Source of the DNA: Candidatus Methanoplasma porotermitis | GTDB lineage: Archaea; Thermoplasmatota; Thermoplasmata; Methanomassiliicoccales; Methanomethylophilaceae | Length of the DNA: 64,000 bases | Assembly (NCBI GenBank): GCA_031290095.1 | Contig: JAITOF010000045.1 | Coordinates: 5,538 to 69,537 of the forward strand | Reading direction: 5' to 3' | In this document: piece by piece, positions 48,348 through 56,699 of the stretch | Layout of the letters: the number at the start of each line of letters is the position of its first letter | How positions within the stretch are numbered: position 1 is the first letter of the stretch | Made by a program: the position numbers and the translations under genes | Notes under the pieces: model-generated | The model's database searches: none | What the model was told of the DNA's origin: nothing | The model's input: the letters and a program-made list of their open reading frames with translations, nothing else

Positions 48348-50615
48348 ATGGAAATTGAGGATTGGCTAGGGGCGGACAACCAGATAGGGATTGACATATG
48401 GCAGAAGAAGTACTGTTACAACGGCGAGACTTTCGACCATTGGCTGGATCGCGTCAGCAATGACGACCCTGCCCTCAGGGAGATGATCGCACAGAAGAAA
48501 TTCCTCTTCGGCGGAAGGATACTGGCCAATCGCGGTCTTCATAAGACGGGACTCAAAGTCACGCTTTCCAACTGTTATGTGGTGACCCCCCCCGAAGACT
48601 CAATCGAGTCCATATTCGAATGTGCCGGGAAGCTTGCGAGGACGTTCAGCTACGGCGGCGGCGTCGGAATAGACCTTTCGAATCTTGCCCCGAGAGGCGC
48701 CAAGATAAACAACACTGCATCGGAAACCTCCGGGGCCGTGTCCTTCACAGACCTCTACTCCATGGTCACCGGCCTCATCGGACAGCACGGAAGGAGAGGC
48801 GCCCTCATGCTCACGCTCTCCTGCGAGCATCCCGATCTGGAAGAGTTCATGAGCGTCAAGACGGACGTCAACCGTGTCACAAAGGCCAACATGTCCATAA
48901 GGATGAGCGACGAGTTTATGGAGTGCGTCGTAGGCAAACGCACGTACAGGCAGAAGTTCGAGCGTCCTGAGACTGGAGATGCCGTCGTCAAGGACCTGAA
49001 CGCGTACGAGTTCTTCAAAAAGCTATGTTACGCAAATTGGGATTACGGCGAGCCCGGATGCCTTTATTGGGACCGCATAAGCAATTGGAACCTGCTCAGC
49101 GAGGTCCCCGAGTACTCTTATGCGGGAACGAACCCTTGTGCCGAAGAGCCCCTTCCGGCGGGAGGGAGCTGCCTCCTTGGAAGCATAAACCTGTCCGTGT
49201 TCGTAAAAGACGGCAAGTTCGACGAGGAAGACTTCAGAAAGACTGTCTCGATATGCGTCAGGGGTTTGAACGACGTCCTTGACGAAGGGTTGCCGCTTCA
49301 CCCGCTTCAGGAGCAGAAAGACTCCGTGAGGGACTGGAGGCAGATCGGCTTGGGCATAATGGGCCTTGCCGACATGCTGATCAAGCTGGGCATAAGGTAC
49401 GGGTCCAAAGAGTCCATGGACTTCTGCCACAAGCTTGGATTCGTCATGGCCGACGCGGCGATACGCGAGTCGGCCGTCATGGCGAAGGAAGTGGGCAAAT
49501 TCCCCAAGTGCAACGCAGAGCTGATAATGGCCTCTCCCTTCTTCGCAGAGAACACGTCTCCCGAGACGAGGGACCTGGTGGCAAAGCACGGCCTGCGCAA
49601 CTCCCAGCTTCTTACGATAGCCCCTACGGGGACGCTGTCGACCATGATCGGCGTGTCTGGAGGCATAGAGCCCATATACGCCGTCCATTACGAGAGGAGG
49701 ACCGTGTCCCTCTCCGACAAGGATGATTTCTACAAAGTGTACACGCCCGTGGTGAAGGAGTACATGGACGCGAACGGCGTCACGGACGACTCCAAGCTCC
49801 CTCCGTTCGTGGTCACCGCCCAGAACCTTGACTACAAGGAGAGGCTGAACCTCCAAGGCGCATGGCAGATGCACATCGATGCGTCGATAAGCTCCACCGT
49901 GAACCTCCCCAACGAGATTCCCGAGAGCGAGGTGTACGACCTGTACATATATGCATGGCAGATGGGATGTAAAGGCGTAACCGTCTTCAGAGACGGTTGC
50001 AAGCGCCTCGGCATCCTGACTCCGAAAGAGAAGGAGGAGAAGGCCAAGAAGGAGAAGGAAGGCGCCGTCCCGGATTCCAACGTCAACGGCAGGCGCAAGA
50101 GGGGCTTCGTGGACAACGTCGCTGACGATGTCGTCGGAAAGAAGAGGAAGCTCGTCACCGGCTGCGGCAGCCTCCACTGCACCGCGTTCTTCGACCCCCA
50201 GAGCGGGGAGCTGTTAGAAGCATACCTCAACAAGGGGTCGACTGGCGGGTGCAACAACTTCATGATCGGCCTGTCCAGGATGATCTCTCTTGCCGCAAGG
50301 AGCGGGTGCGAGGTCAACTCCATCGTCGATCAGCTCAAGAGCTGCGGGTCATGCCCGTCATATGCAGTGAGGAACTACACCCGGCACGACACCAGCAAGG
50401 GCGCGTGCTGCCCTACTGCCGTGGGGTGGGCGCTCATAGACATGCACCAGGAGATGCAAAGGGAGATCAGAGGGATAAGCGTCGAGACCGAGAGGTCGGA
50501 GAAGGCCAAGAGCGGGAACCCTCCGGTCAACCCTTGCCCGAAGTGCGGCGAAGAGCTGCAGTTCCAAGGCGGATGCAACATCTGCAAGTCCTGCGGATGG
50601 ACCAAGTGCGACTAA
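48348..50615 (+). CDS. nrdJ: adenosylcobalamin-dependent (class II) ribonucleotide reductase with C-terminal zinc ribbon
   Basis: Motifs LSNCYV, SYGGGVGIDLSNLAPRGA, RRGALMLTL, active-site GTNPCAEEPLPAGGSCLLGSINL, TIAPTGT and KGVTVFRDG. The C-terminus is CPKCGEELQFQGGCNICKSCGW. The ORF-track 5' extension from 48051 overlaps the platform gene. Confidence 0.85.
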   Translation: MEIEDWLGADNQIGIDIWQKKYCYNGETFDHWLDRVSNDDPALREMIAQKKFLFGGRILANRGLHKTGLKVTLSNCYVVTPPEDSIESIFECAGKLARTFSYGGGVGIDLSNLAPRGAKINNTASETSGAVSFTDLYSMVTGLIGQHGRRGALMLTLSCEHPDLEEFMSVKTDVNRVTKANMSIRMSDEFMECVVGKRTYRQKFERPETGDAVVKDLNAYEFFKKLCYANWDYGEPGCLYWDRISNWNLLSEVPEYSYAGTNPCAEEPLPAGGSCLLGSINLSVFVKDGKFDEEDFRKTVSICVRGLNDVLDEGLPLHPLQEQKDSVRDWRQIGLGIMGLADMLIKLGIRYGSKESMDFCHKLGFVMADAAIRESAVMAKEVGKFPKCNAELIMASPFFAENTSPETRDLVAKHGLRNSQLLTIAPTGTLSTMIGVSGGIEPIYAVHYERRTVSLSDKDDFYKVYTPVVKEYMDANGVTDDSKLPPFVVTAQNLDYKERLNLQGAWQMHIDASISSTVNLPNEIPESEVYDLYIYAWQMGCKGVTVFRDGCKRLGILTPKEKEEKAKKEKEGAVPDSNVNGRRKRGFVDNVADDVVGKKRKLVTGCGSLHCTAFFDPQSGELLEAYLNKGSTGGCNNFMIGLSRMISLAARSGCEVNSIVDQLKSCGSCPSYAVRNYTRHDTSKGACCPTAVGWALIDMHQEMQREIRGISVETERSEKAKSGNPPVNPCPKCGEELQFQGGCNICKSCGWTKCD

Positions 50616-51128
50616 TCAGGCCGTCGGGAACAGCATCGGCTCCACTTTGTGCCTGAACAGGAAAGCGGCGCCGATGCCTGAGACGACGCCGGTGGCGATC
50701 CTCGCCTCAGGGACGTCAATACCGAGCGCGGCCTCCAGAGTCCATTCCGCGAACGTCGTCGCGAACAGAACTGCGCCGACGAGCGTGGGACGGGACTTTC
50801 CGATATACGACGACGCCTTGTCGAACGCCAGGATTAACAGCCCTGCCGCTACTCCCGCCATGAACGACGTGTCCCTCATGCAGAACGCGACCTCTGACCC
50901 GTTGATTATGAACGATCTGTCCTGTTGCTGATGGCATAGCAGGTCCCCGAGAAGGTATATCGCCTTCGATAGCGGGTCGGCGTCCGGAATCCTGCCGTCG
51001 ATGACCCCCGGAGACCCGTCTAGGTGCAGGAAGTGCCCGTAAGGGTATGCCATAGGTATGACGGCCATCAGAATCAACAAGGTTGCAACGAACGCCAACA
51101 TTGATTTTTCCGGCATCGTCAGGCCCAT
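50616..51128 (-). CDS. DUF2085-like membrane protein
   Basis: LLCHQQQDRSFIINGSEVAFCMRDTSFMAG matches the CHQxxxRSF...C.R(C/D)xG pattern of DUF2085. Four TM segments. Confidence 0.55.
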   Translation of the reverse strand: MGLTMPEKSMLAFVATLLILMAVIPMAYPYGHFLHLDGSPGVIDGRIPDADPLSKAIYLLGDLLCHQQQDRSFIINGSEVAFCMRDTSFMAGVAAGLLILAFDKASSYIGKSRPTLVGAVLFATTFAEWTLEAALGIDVPEARIATGVVSGIGAAFLFRHKVEPMLFPTA

Positions 51129-51385
51129 GCGGTTTCATCTCCGACCGCCTATAAAAACAGGCCTGCGACGGCCGGGACCTTGACTATCGGCGACAGCCGT
51201 CGGGTGGGGAGTCGGTAGAGAGCCTTCATCATACGCGATTTTGCGGCTGCCCGACAAGCTCTGAGCCACCGGTTCCTTCGACGTTGATTCACAACGAAGT
51301 CTGTAGTTACGCTTAACCTCGTTGCGGAGCAAGAACCATATCCAAGTTGCAACACTCTTGTGCGAATGGAGATGTTGACGATAGC

Positions 51386-51610
51386 ATGTCAGTAATTAGG
51401 AAGGTTGCAACAGCCCTTACGTTATCGATCATAATGTCCTTGTGCATGGCGTTTTTCATGACCGCCAAGAACATGGGGTTCAACGATCAATTCGTACGAG
51501 TATGGTTGACAGACAGCTGCGTGGGAGTGCTGGTGTCGCTTCCGTTGGCATATTACGTTCCCGAGCGCGTGCAGAAGCTCATCGGGTCTGTCCAGGATCC
51601 ACGCGCTTGA
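51386..51610 (+). CDS. small DUF2798-like membrane protein
   Basis: Two TM segments with LSIIMSLCMAFFMT...GFNDQFVRVWL, resembling DUF2798. Confidence 0.45.
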   Translation: MSVIRKVATALTLSIIMSLCMAFFMTAKNMGFNDQFVRVWLTDSCVGVLVSLPLAYYVPERVQKLIGSVQDPRA

Positions 51611-51762
51611 CAGCGGGCAGGGACCTATTGACGTGAAGAGGGAATTCGTGCAAAGACGCGAGGTGGCGAGAGGCTGAAGGCCTGCTCTCACAGATGGCCC
51701 GGCCACGGCTTGACCTGTACTCCATTTATCGGGGACGTTTGGTGACGTTATCGGGGACGTTT

Positions 51763-53470
51763 TCAAACAGCTTTTCGTCCCACGTTTGCATCAGTCTGCC
51801 CCTGCTGCGTGTCTGTGGCTATAGTCCAATGTCCTTTTCGTGACGAGCCTTCCCGCTTAACTGCCCCGGAGTCTTTCAATAGCTTCATGTTCCTTTTGAT
51901 ATTTCGTTCGTCGATCCCAACGTAACTTGCAAGGTTCGCCATCGTAATGGTTGGATTTGCTCTAATTGCTTCAATTATTTTTCTTTGGGTATCATTTACT
52001 TCAACGACGTTGTTAGTGACTGTGCGAACGTCACTGATGGGGCCATTTCTTGCATCGTTATATTTAGACGAGACGAAAAAGTTTGGCTTTACGCCGTCAA
52101 TCAGGTTGAGCGAGCGCAGGTGTTCGGCATCGGCATCGCCTATCTCCTTATGTTTCTGAACCATGTCAAGCAAAAATATCGTGTCCAAGTTTAATTCGGG
52201 GTGGTCGAACAGGATGTGTGTAGTTCGTGTCAAGCGTCTTCCCATACACGCGAGCGACGACCTTGCGGCTGTCGCCGTACTCGTAGTCAGGCAATGGGAA
52301 GAAACGGTCTTTCTGGACGCGGTACACCTTGCGTATTCCCATTGCCGCCGAATCTATCATGTTGAACAGCACCATCGTATCCGCGAGAAGCTGGTTCCTG
52401 TAATATGGCGAAGTGTATTCTGGCTTCAGCACTTTGGCGATGTTGCCAGGCAGGAAGTCGCCTGGGTTGGATATGGCGAGCCTGTCCTCGAACTCGTCGA
52501 GATATATGCGCCCGCCAATGGAATAGTCCATGTGGGCGATGGCGTTGTTCAAAAGCTCGCGACAAAGGCTCTCGTCGTATTGATCAGTCTCGAAGGTGGA
52601 CAGGGACTTCTTGTTTGGTATGTACCTATATGTGAGCTTGCGAACCATCCCGAACAGGCGGTCGACGACAGTGATGAACGGTATACGGAACTCGCGGTAG
52701 TCCAAGTCGACGTCGTTGCTCCCGTGCAGCCTCCACATCGCACGGGCCGGGGGTGACATCAGGTCGTCATGGTCGGGGTTGCCCAAGAGGACAAGGGCGG
52801 CGTTCGTGATCCTTCCACCCTCCATCAGCCGTATCTTCGTCAGGAACTCCTCGTCAGTCATGGCATCAACCTCTTTGCCGACGTGCGTCTTGTTAAGCTT
52901 GGCTTTGTAGCTGTTGCAGGCGATTGTCAGGGCCTCTGCGTCCAAGTGCTTAACGGACGAGCCGTCGATGAGCTGCTTCGACCAGTCGCGGCGCACCTGG
53001 CTGCGGATGCGGTCAAGTTCTTCGAGGGAGAGCTTGCCTATTGATTCGCCGTCGCGCCCATACCAGACACCTTTCCATGCAGTAGGTATGGCAACTACAG
53101 CGGCAGGGATTTTGAACATGACTACACGGTCGTCGCCGTCGTATACCTCAAAGACATCGATGAACGATATGCCCCCGGTAGTGTCTTGGGCAATTTCATG
53201 TTTAAGCGTTTCCAAGCCGCGTGCGTCTCTGTAATCCGAGCCGACGACCGCTTTGGCCTTGTTGCTCACGCCAAAGACGAGCCAGCCATACTGCAAGCCT
53301 TTCAGGTTCGCCTCGTTGCTGATCGCAGAGAAGTACTCTCCAATCTCATCGCGCTTGAAACTGTTGCTAGCCTCCTTGAACTCGACTACTTCGTTCTCCT
53401 AGTTCTCTATCAGCCCCCGCAGGATTCCGAGTAATTCCGAGTCTATGCCTATCATTGCAACTACATGCAT
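51763..53470 (-). pseudogene. AlbA_2 (Schlafen-type) + HATPase_c_4 + wHTH putative regulator, carrying one in-frame TAG and one frameshift
   Basis: From ATG 53470 the frame reads MHVVAMIGIDSELLGILRGLIEN-TAG(53399-53401)-ENEVVEFKEASNSF...GWLVFGV, the AlbA_2 N-terminus. The core is NNAIAHMDYS...ISNPGDF...RNQLLADTM. The frame is lost at a (TG)3 tract around 52215-52221, where ...YGKTLDTNYT switches frame into HILFDHPELNLDTIFLLDMVQK... A wHTH tail follows (RKIIEAIRANPTITMANLASYVGIDERNIKRNMKLLKDSGAV). Confidence 0.65.
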
Positions 53471-53651
53471 GCGGCCTTACCGTATATTTTCTCCTTCGCG
53501 CCAATGACGGTCCGAGGGAGGTTCTGTCGTACCTTGCATGGGTTTGTGAGGAAGCGTCGGCAAAAGCCGAGCTTGGCATGTCCGCCTAGAAACCCTGCGG
53601 GGACGGCCTGACAAAGCTAGTATTTTATCCGTTCAAGCGATGCACATCATC

Positions 53652-54173
53652 ATGCGGCACGCCCTTGTGGTGATCGACTACCAGAACGACTTCGTATCCG
53701 GCAGCCTCGGCTCGGTCGCGGCCGCCCTCATCGAAGAGAGCATAGTTGAAAGGATAGATTGTTGCCTGGCCTCGGGGGGAAGGCTGTTCTTCACCATGGA
53801 CGCCCACGGAGAAGAATATCCCGACACAGAGGAGGGGCGTCTGATCCCTGTCGCTCATTGCGTCCGCGGGAGTCCTGGCTGGGAGCTGTACGGCAGAGTC
53901 TCAGGATATTCAGACAAGGGGACGGTCGTTGAAAAGGAGACGTTCGGATATGCGTCGCTACCCGTTTTGCTGAGAGGATTCGAGGAGATCGAACTGTGCG
54001 GCGTGGCGACGAACATATGCGTTCTAGCCAATGCCGTGCTAATAAAGGCCGCCTTGCCCGAATCCAGGGTGACTGTCAGGGAATGGTGCGTGGCAATCTA
54101 TGATCAAGACCTTCACGCCAAGGCGCTAGACATAATGGCCGCGCTGGGGATACGGATTGTGAAGAGGGGCTGA
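53652..54173 (+). CDS. isochorismatase-family cysteine hydrolase (nicotinamidase-like)
   Basis: Motifs ALVVIDYQNDF, MDAH and catalytic-Cys GVATNICV. Confidence 0.75.
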   Translation: MRHALVVIDYQNDFVSGSLGSVAAALIEESIVERIDCCLASGGRLFFTMDAHGEEYPDTEEGRLIPVAHCVRGSPGWELYGRVSGYSDKGTVVEKETFGYASLPVLLRGFEEIELCGVATNICVLANAVLIKAALPESRVTVREWCVAIYDQDLHAKALDIMAALGIRIVKRG

Positions 54174-54174
54174 G

Positions 54175-54726
54175 ATGCCTGTCAGAACCCGCACTATACG
54201 CACCGAGCGGCTCGTGCTGAGGCAGTTCTCAGAAGAGGACGCGCCTGTCGCATACGACAACTGGATGTCCGATCCGGACGTGACGGAGTTCCTCACATGG
54301 AGCCCACACCGCAGCAGTTACGAATCATGCAGGATCGTCCGCAGCTGGATTCGCTCGTACCCCCAAGGCTCCATGGACTGGTGCATCACCGTGCTGCCGG
54401 GCCCAGAGCCCGTAGGGAGCATCACGGCGGTGCAGGACCACCCTGACGAAGGATATTGCGAGCTGGGGTTCTGCATTGCAAAAAAGCATTGGAACAAAGG
54501 ACTGATGACCGAAGCCTTGAGGGCCGTTGCGGAGTACATATTCGTCAATACCGACTACATGTGGATCCAGACTCGTTATGACAAAGAGAACGAGGCATCC
54601 GGAAGGTGCCAGGAGAAGGCAGGATTCAAGAGCGTGGGGGAAGTCCTGCTTCCAAACCCGAAGGACGCGGATGCCATGCGCACATACGTGATGATGCGCG
54701 TAGACCGCCCCAAGACGCTAAGATGA
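54175..54726 (+). CDS. GNAT-family N-acetyltransferase (RimJ/RimL-like)
   Basis: TERLVLRQFSEEDAP... then CELGFCIAKKHWNKGLMTEALRAV, the acetyl-CoA-binding motif A region. Confidence 0.75.
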   Translation: MPVRTRTIRTERLVLRQFSEEDAPVAYDNWMSDPDVTEFLTWSPHRSSYESCRIVRSWIRSYPQGSMDWCITVLPGPEPVGSITAVQDHPDEGYCELGFCIAKKHWNKGLMTEALRAVAEYIFVNTDYMWIQTRYDKENEASGRCQEKAGFKSVGEVLLPNPKDADAMRTYVMMRVDRPKTLR

Positions 54727-54778
54727 CGACTTTTTGTCGATGCCATAGATCGACAGGCCATGAAAACGGCCGTGTGCG

Positions 54779-55339
54779 TCACACCGATTCAAGCAACGCG
54801 AAGGATGTCATGTTGTCCTTGTTGTCCTCGATGTCCTCGTGCAGGAGCACGAGGCCGTAATGCTCCCCGGCGTTCCTGCGGCAGACCACCGCCACGGTCT
54901 CTGGAAGCTTTTCCTGCGCCAAGAGCTCAGCGGCGTACGCAGTGTCCTCCACTTCGGTCTTCGAGGCGCTCGGATACAGGCGGTCAAGGTTGTCCCGCGT
55001 CTGGAGCAGGGCCTGCACATGAGACGCCAAAACTGTTATCCTGGCATCCTTCCTTTTAACGAACAGGCAGTGGTGGATCGGCAGGTCTATGGCATCTATC
55101 GAGACGACCGAATCCTTGCCTTTCAGCGCGTCGCGCGTCTCGACGACTTCGCCGGCGTTGATATTGCGGGTGGCTACCACTCCGTAATCTATGCGCCTCT
55201 TAAGAAGAGAATCGACGACACCGGCCGCGCTCATCAGCGCGACCATCTCGAAACTGCTCCATCCCTGCCTGAGCGCGAACATCTCGGCGGCCTCCTCCGA
55301 GTTGGAGAATGGAATGCCCATGTAGCCGATGCGGATCAT
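54779..55339 (-). CDS. prephenate dehydratase catalytic (PDT) domain protein, no ACT domain
   Basis: MIRIGYMGIPFSNSEEAA..., IDYGVVATRN, and the C-terminus NMTSFALL. GGAGG lies 4 nt upstream of the ATG at 55339. Confidence 0.65.
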   Translation of the reverse strand: MIRIGYMGIPFSNSEEAAEMFALRQGWSSFEMVALMSAAGVVDSLLKRRIDYGVVATRNINAGEVVETRDALKGKDSVVSIDAIDLPIHHCLFVKRKDARITVLASHVQALLQTRDNLDRLYPSASKTEVEDTAYAAELLAQEKLPETVAVVCRRNAGEHYGLVLLHEDIEDNKDNMTSFALLESV

Positions 55340-55382
55340 CGTGCCTCCGTATGATTCTGACATTAAATGTCTTTTTGCGACG

Positions 55383-56306
55383 TCAGGCGTCCTGCGTCGC
55401 TCCGTTGCGGCCCTTATGGTTGAACAATGCGTTCTTTAGGCTGGCTTTAGCCGCGCTGTTGCCCGAAAGCACTCTTTTTGCGGAATCGGGAATGCCGTAA
55501 CGTATTATGTTGTCCGTCACCCCCACCTCGGCGCCCATCTCCTCTCTGACATGCTCATAATGGCGTACCGCCTCACCCATCACATCCCTCATTGACGACG
55601 TGATGCTGTAGATGTTGTGCGAAATGTATTCTGCCTTGTTTTGAAAGTCCGTGCAGTTCTGAAGGTACGGGTTGAACGTGCCGTTCATGTAGTCCTCGTC
55701 GAGATCGTCCACAGCGTCCATCACGTACACCATGGCGGCGAGCTCCCTCAGCAGGCCCGAGAGATGTTCTGAGCAACGGCCTCCTGCCAAAGACGCCAGT
55801 GGCCCGGCGACGGCTTCACCGAACGTCCTTCCCATCCGCACCGGGTCGGAGCATCCTTCCTCTTCCATCAAGCGCAAGGCCGTGAATCCGTCGCCGACGG
55901 CTCTGTCATACTCGGGATGTGTTTTTTCTGCCTTCGTTATCGCACGGTTGAGAGCCATGGATGCAAGATTGCTTTTCATAGTGCGATGATCGGTGCGATC
56001 GTCCATGAGCTCCCATTTCGTCAGTATCACCGTGTACGCGGCCATGCGCCTCATGATGTTGGAACTGCTGCTCGGCCTTCTCATAACGCACAGCGGAGAA
56101 CTCCGCGTTGTTCGGATGTCCGATCCCGCGCCAGACACCGAGTTCAGCATGATGGCGTTGAACGTCATGTCGTAATTGACCGTCGCGGCGGAAAGGAGGC
56201 CGAACCCTGACTTGAGCTGGTGGCACCCTTCACAGTAATATCTACGGTAAATCGAAAGGTTCGAGGCCGACAGCCGACTGTACAAGGGCACCACATAACC
56301 GAACAT
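55383..56306 (-). CDS. DUF5685-like protein (N-terminal Cys motif plus helical domain with Asp-rich motif)
   Basis: Start taken at MFGYVVPLYSRLSASNLSIYRRYYCEGCHQL, which matches my recollection of the MFGY...YC.xC N-terminus of DUF5685. The Asp-rich motif is MDAVDDLDEDYMNGTFNPY. It is divergent from the Cys-rich ORF and radical SAM pair. The family assignment is from memory, not a search. Confidence 0.5.
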   Translation of the reverse strand: MFGYVVPLYSRLSASNLSIYRRYYCEGCHQLKSGFGLLSAATVNYDMTFNAIMLNSVSGAGSDIRTTRSSPLCVMRRPSSSSNIMRRMAAYTVILTKWELMDDRTDHRTMKSNLASMALNRAITKAEKTHPEYDRAVGDGFTALRLMEEEGCSDPVRMGRTFGEAVAGPLASLAGGRCSEHLSGLLRELAAMVYVMDAVDDLDEDYMNGTFNPYLQNCTDFQNKAEYISHNIYSITSSMRDVMGEAVRHYEHVREEMGAEVGVTDNIIRYGIPDSAKRVLSGNSAAKASLKNALFNHKGRNGATQDA

Positions 56307-56333
56307 GTCGTCGCCGTATTGACTATCAGAATC

Positions 56334-56342
56334 TTTAATATA
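56334..56342. promoter_or_regulatory. TATA-like element in the divergent intergenic region
   Basis: tttaatata lies about 55 nt upstream of the ATG at 56396 and about 30 nt upstream of the minus-strand ATG at 56306. It could serve either or both divergent units. Pattern only. Confidence 0.3.
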
Positions 56343-56395
56343 TCCGTAGGGTTTACTCGGAAACGTACCCGCTGGCATGGCGGACAGGTGAATTG

Positions 56396-56698
56396 ATGAC
56401 GCAGGATGCAGTTACCGTTGAACATTTGACCGCGCTCTATATGAATCAGTCTCCAGCGGCCTTCGTGTCTGTTGCAATGTCTGCGCACTCGGACGGGCCG
56501 CAGGACCACTCCAAACGCCGGGACGAAGAAACTCACGGCGGCGACTCTGGATGCGACTACCCCTGTTGTAACGAGAAGGGGTGCTGTTCCTCCGGAGGAT
56601 GGTATCTGTGCCTATGCGGATGCATCGTGGTGCTTGTGGCGTTCTGTTGCTACATCACCAACGGCTTCAACGGCGTCTGGACATATTGGCCGTTCTGA
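56396..56698 (+). CDS. 100-aa Cys-rich small protein / candidate RiPP precursor
   Basis: AGGTGA lies 4 nt upstream of the ATG, and the stop is 1 nt before the radical SAM ATG. The C-terminal 48 aa are CDYPCCNEKGCCSSGGWYLCLCGCIVVLVAFCCYITNGFNGVWTYWPF (10 Cys, verified codon by codon). Confidence 0.5.
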   Translation: MTQDAVTVEHLTALYMNQSPAAFVSVAMSAHSDGPQDHSKRRDEETHGGDSGCDYPCCNEKGCCSSGGWYLCLCGCIVVLVAFCCYITNGFNGVWTYWPF

Positions 56699-56699
56699 G

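Noticed and set aside
49023-50177. 384-aa minus-strand ORF
   Set aside because: It is antisense to nrdJ, and its V/L/G/H/R-rich composition is typical of a shadow ORF.
56472-56699. 76-codon N-terminal extension of the radical SAM ORF (ORF track 56472..57839)
   Set aside because: The extension (MQCLRTRTGRRTTPNAGTKK...) is Arg/Thr-rich and has no homology-like features. Radical SAM/SPASM enzymes of this type begin a few residues before the CxxxCxxC motif, as the ATG at 56700 does. The other frame encodes the SD-preceded Cys-rich ORF.
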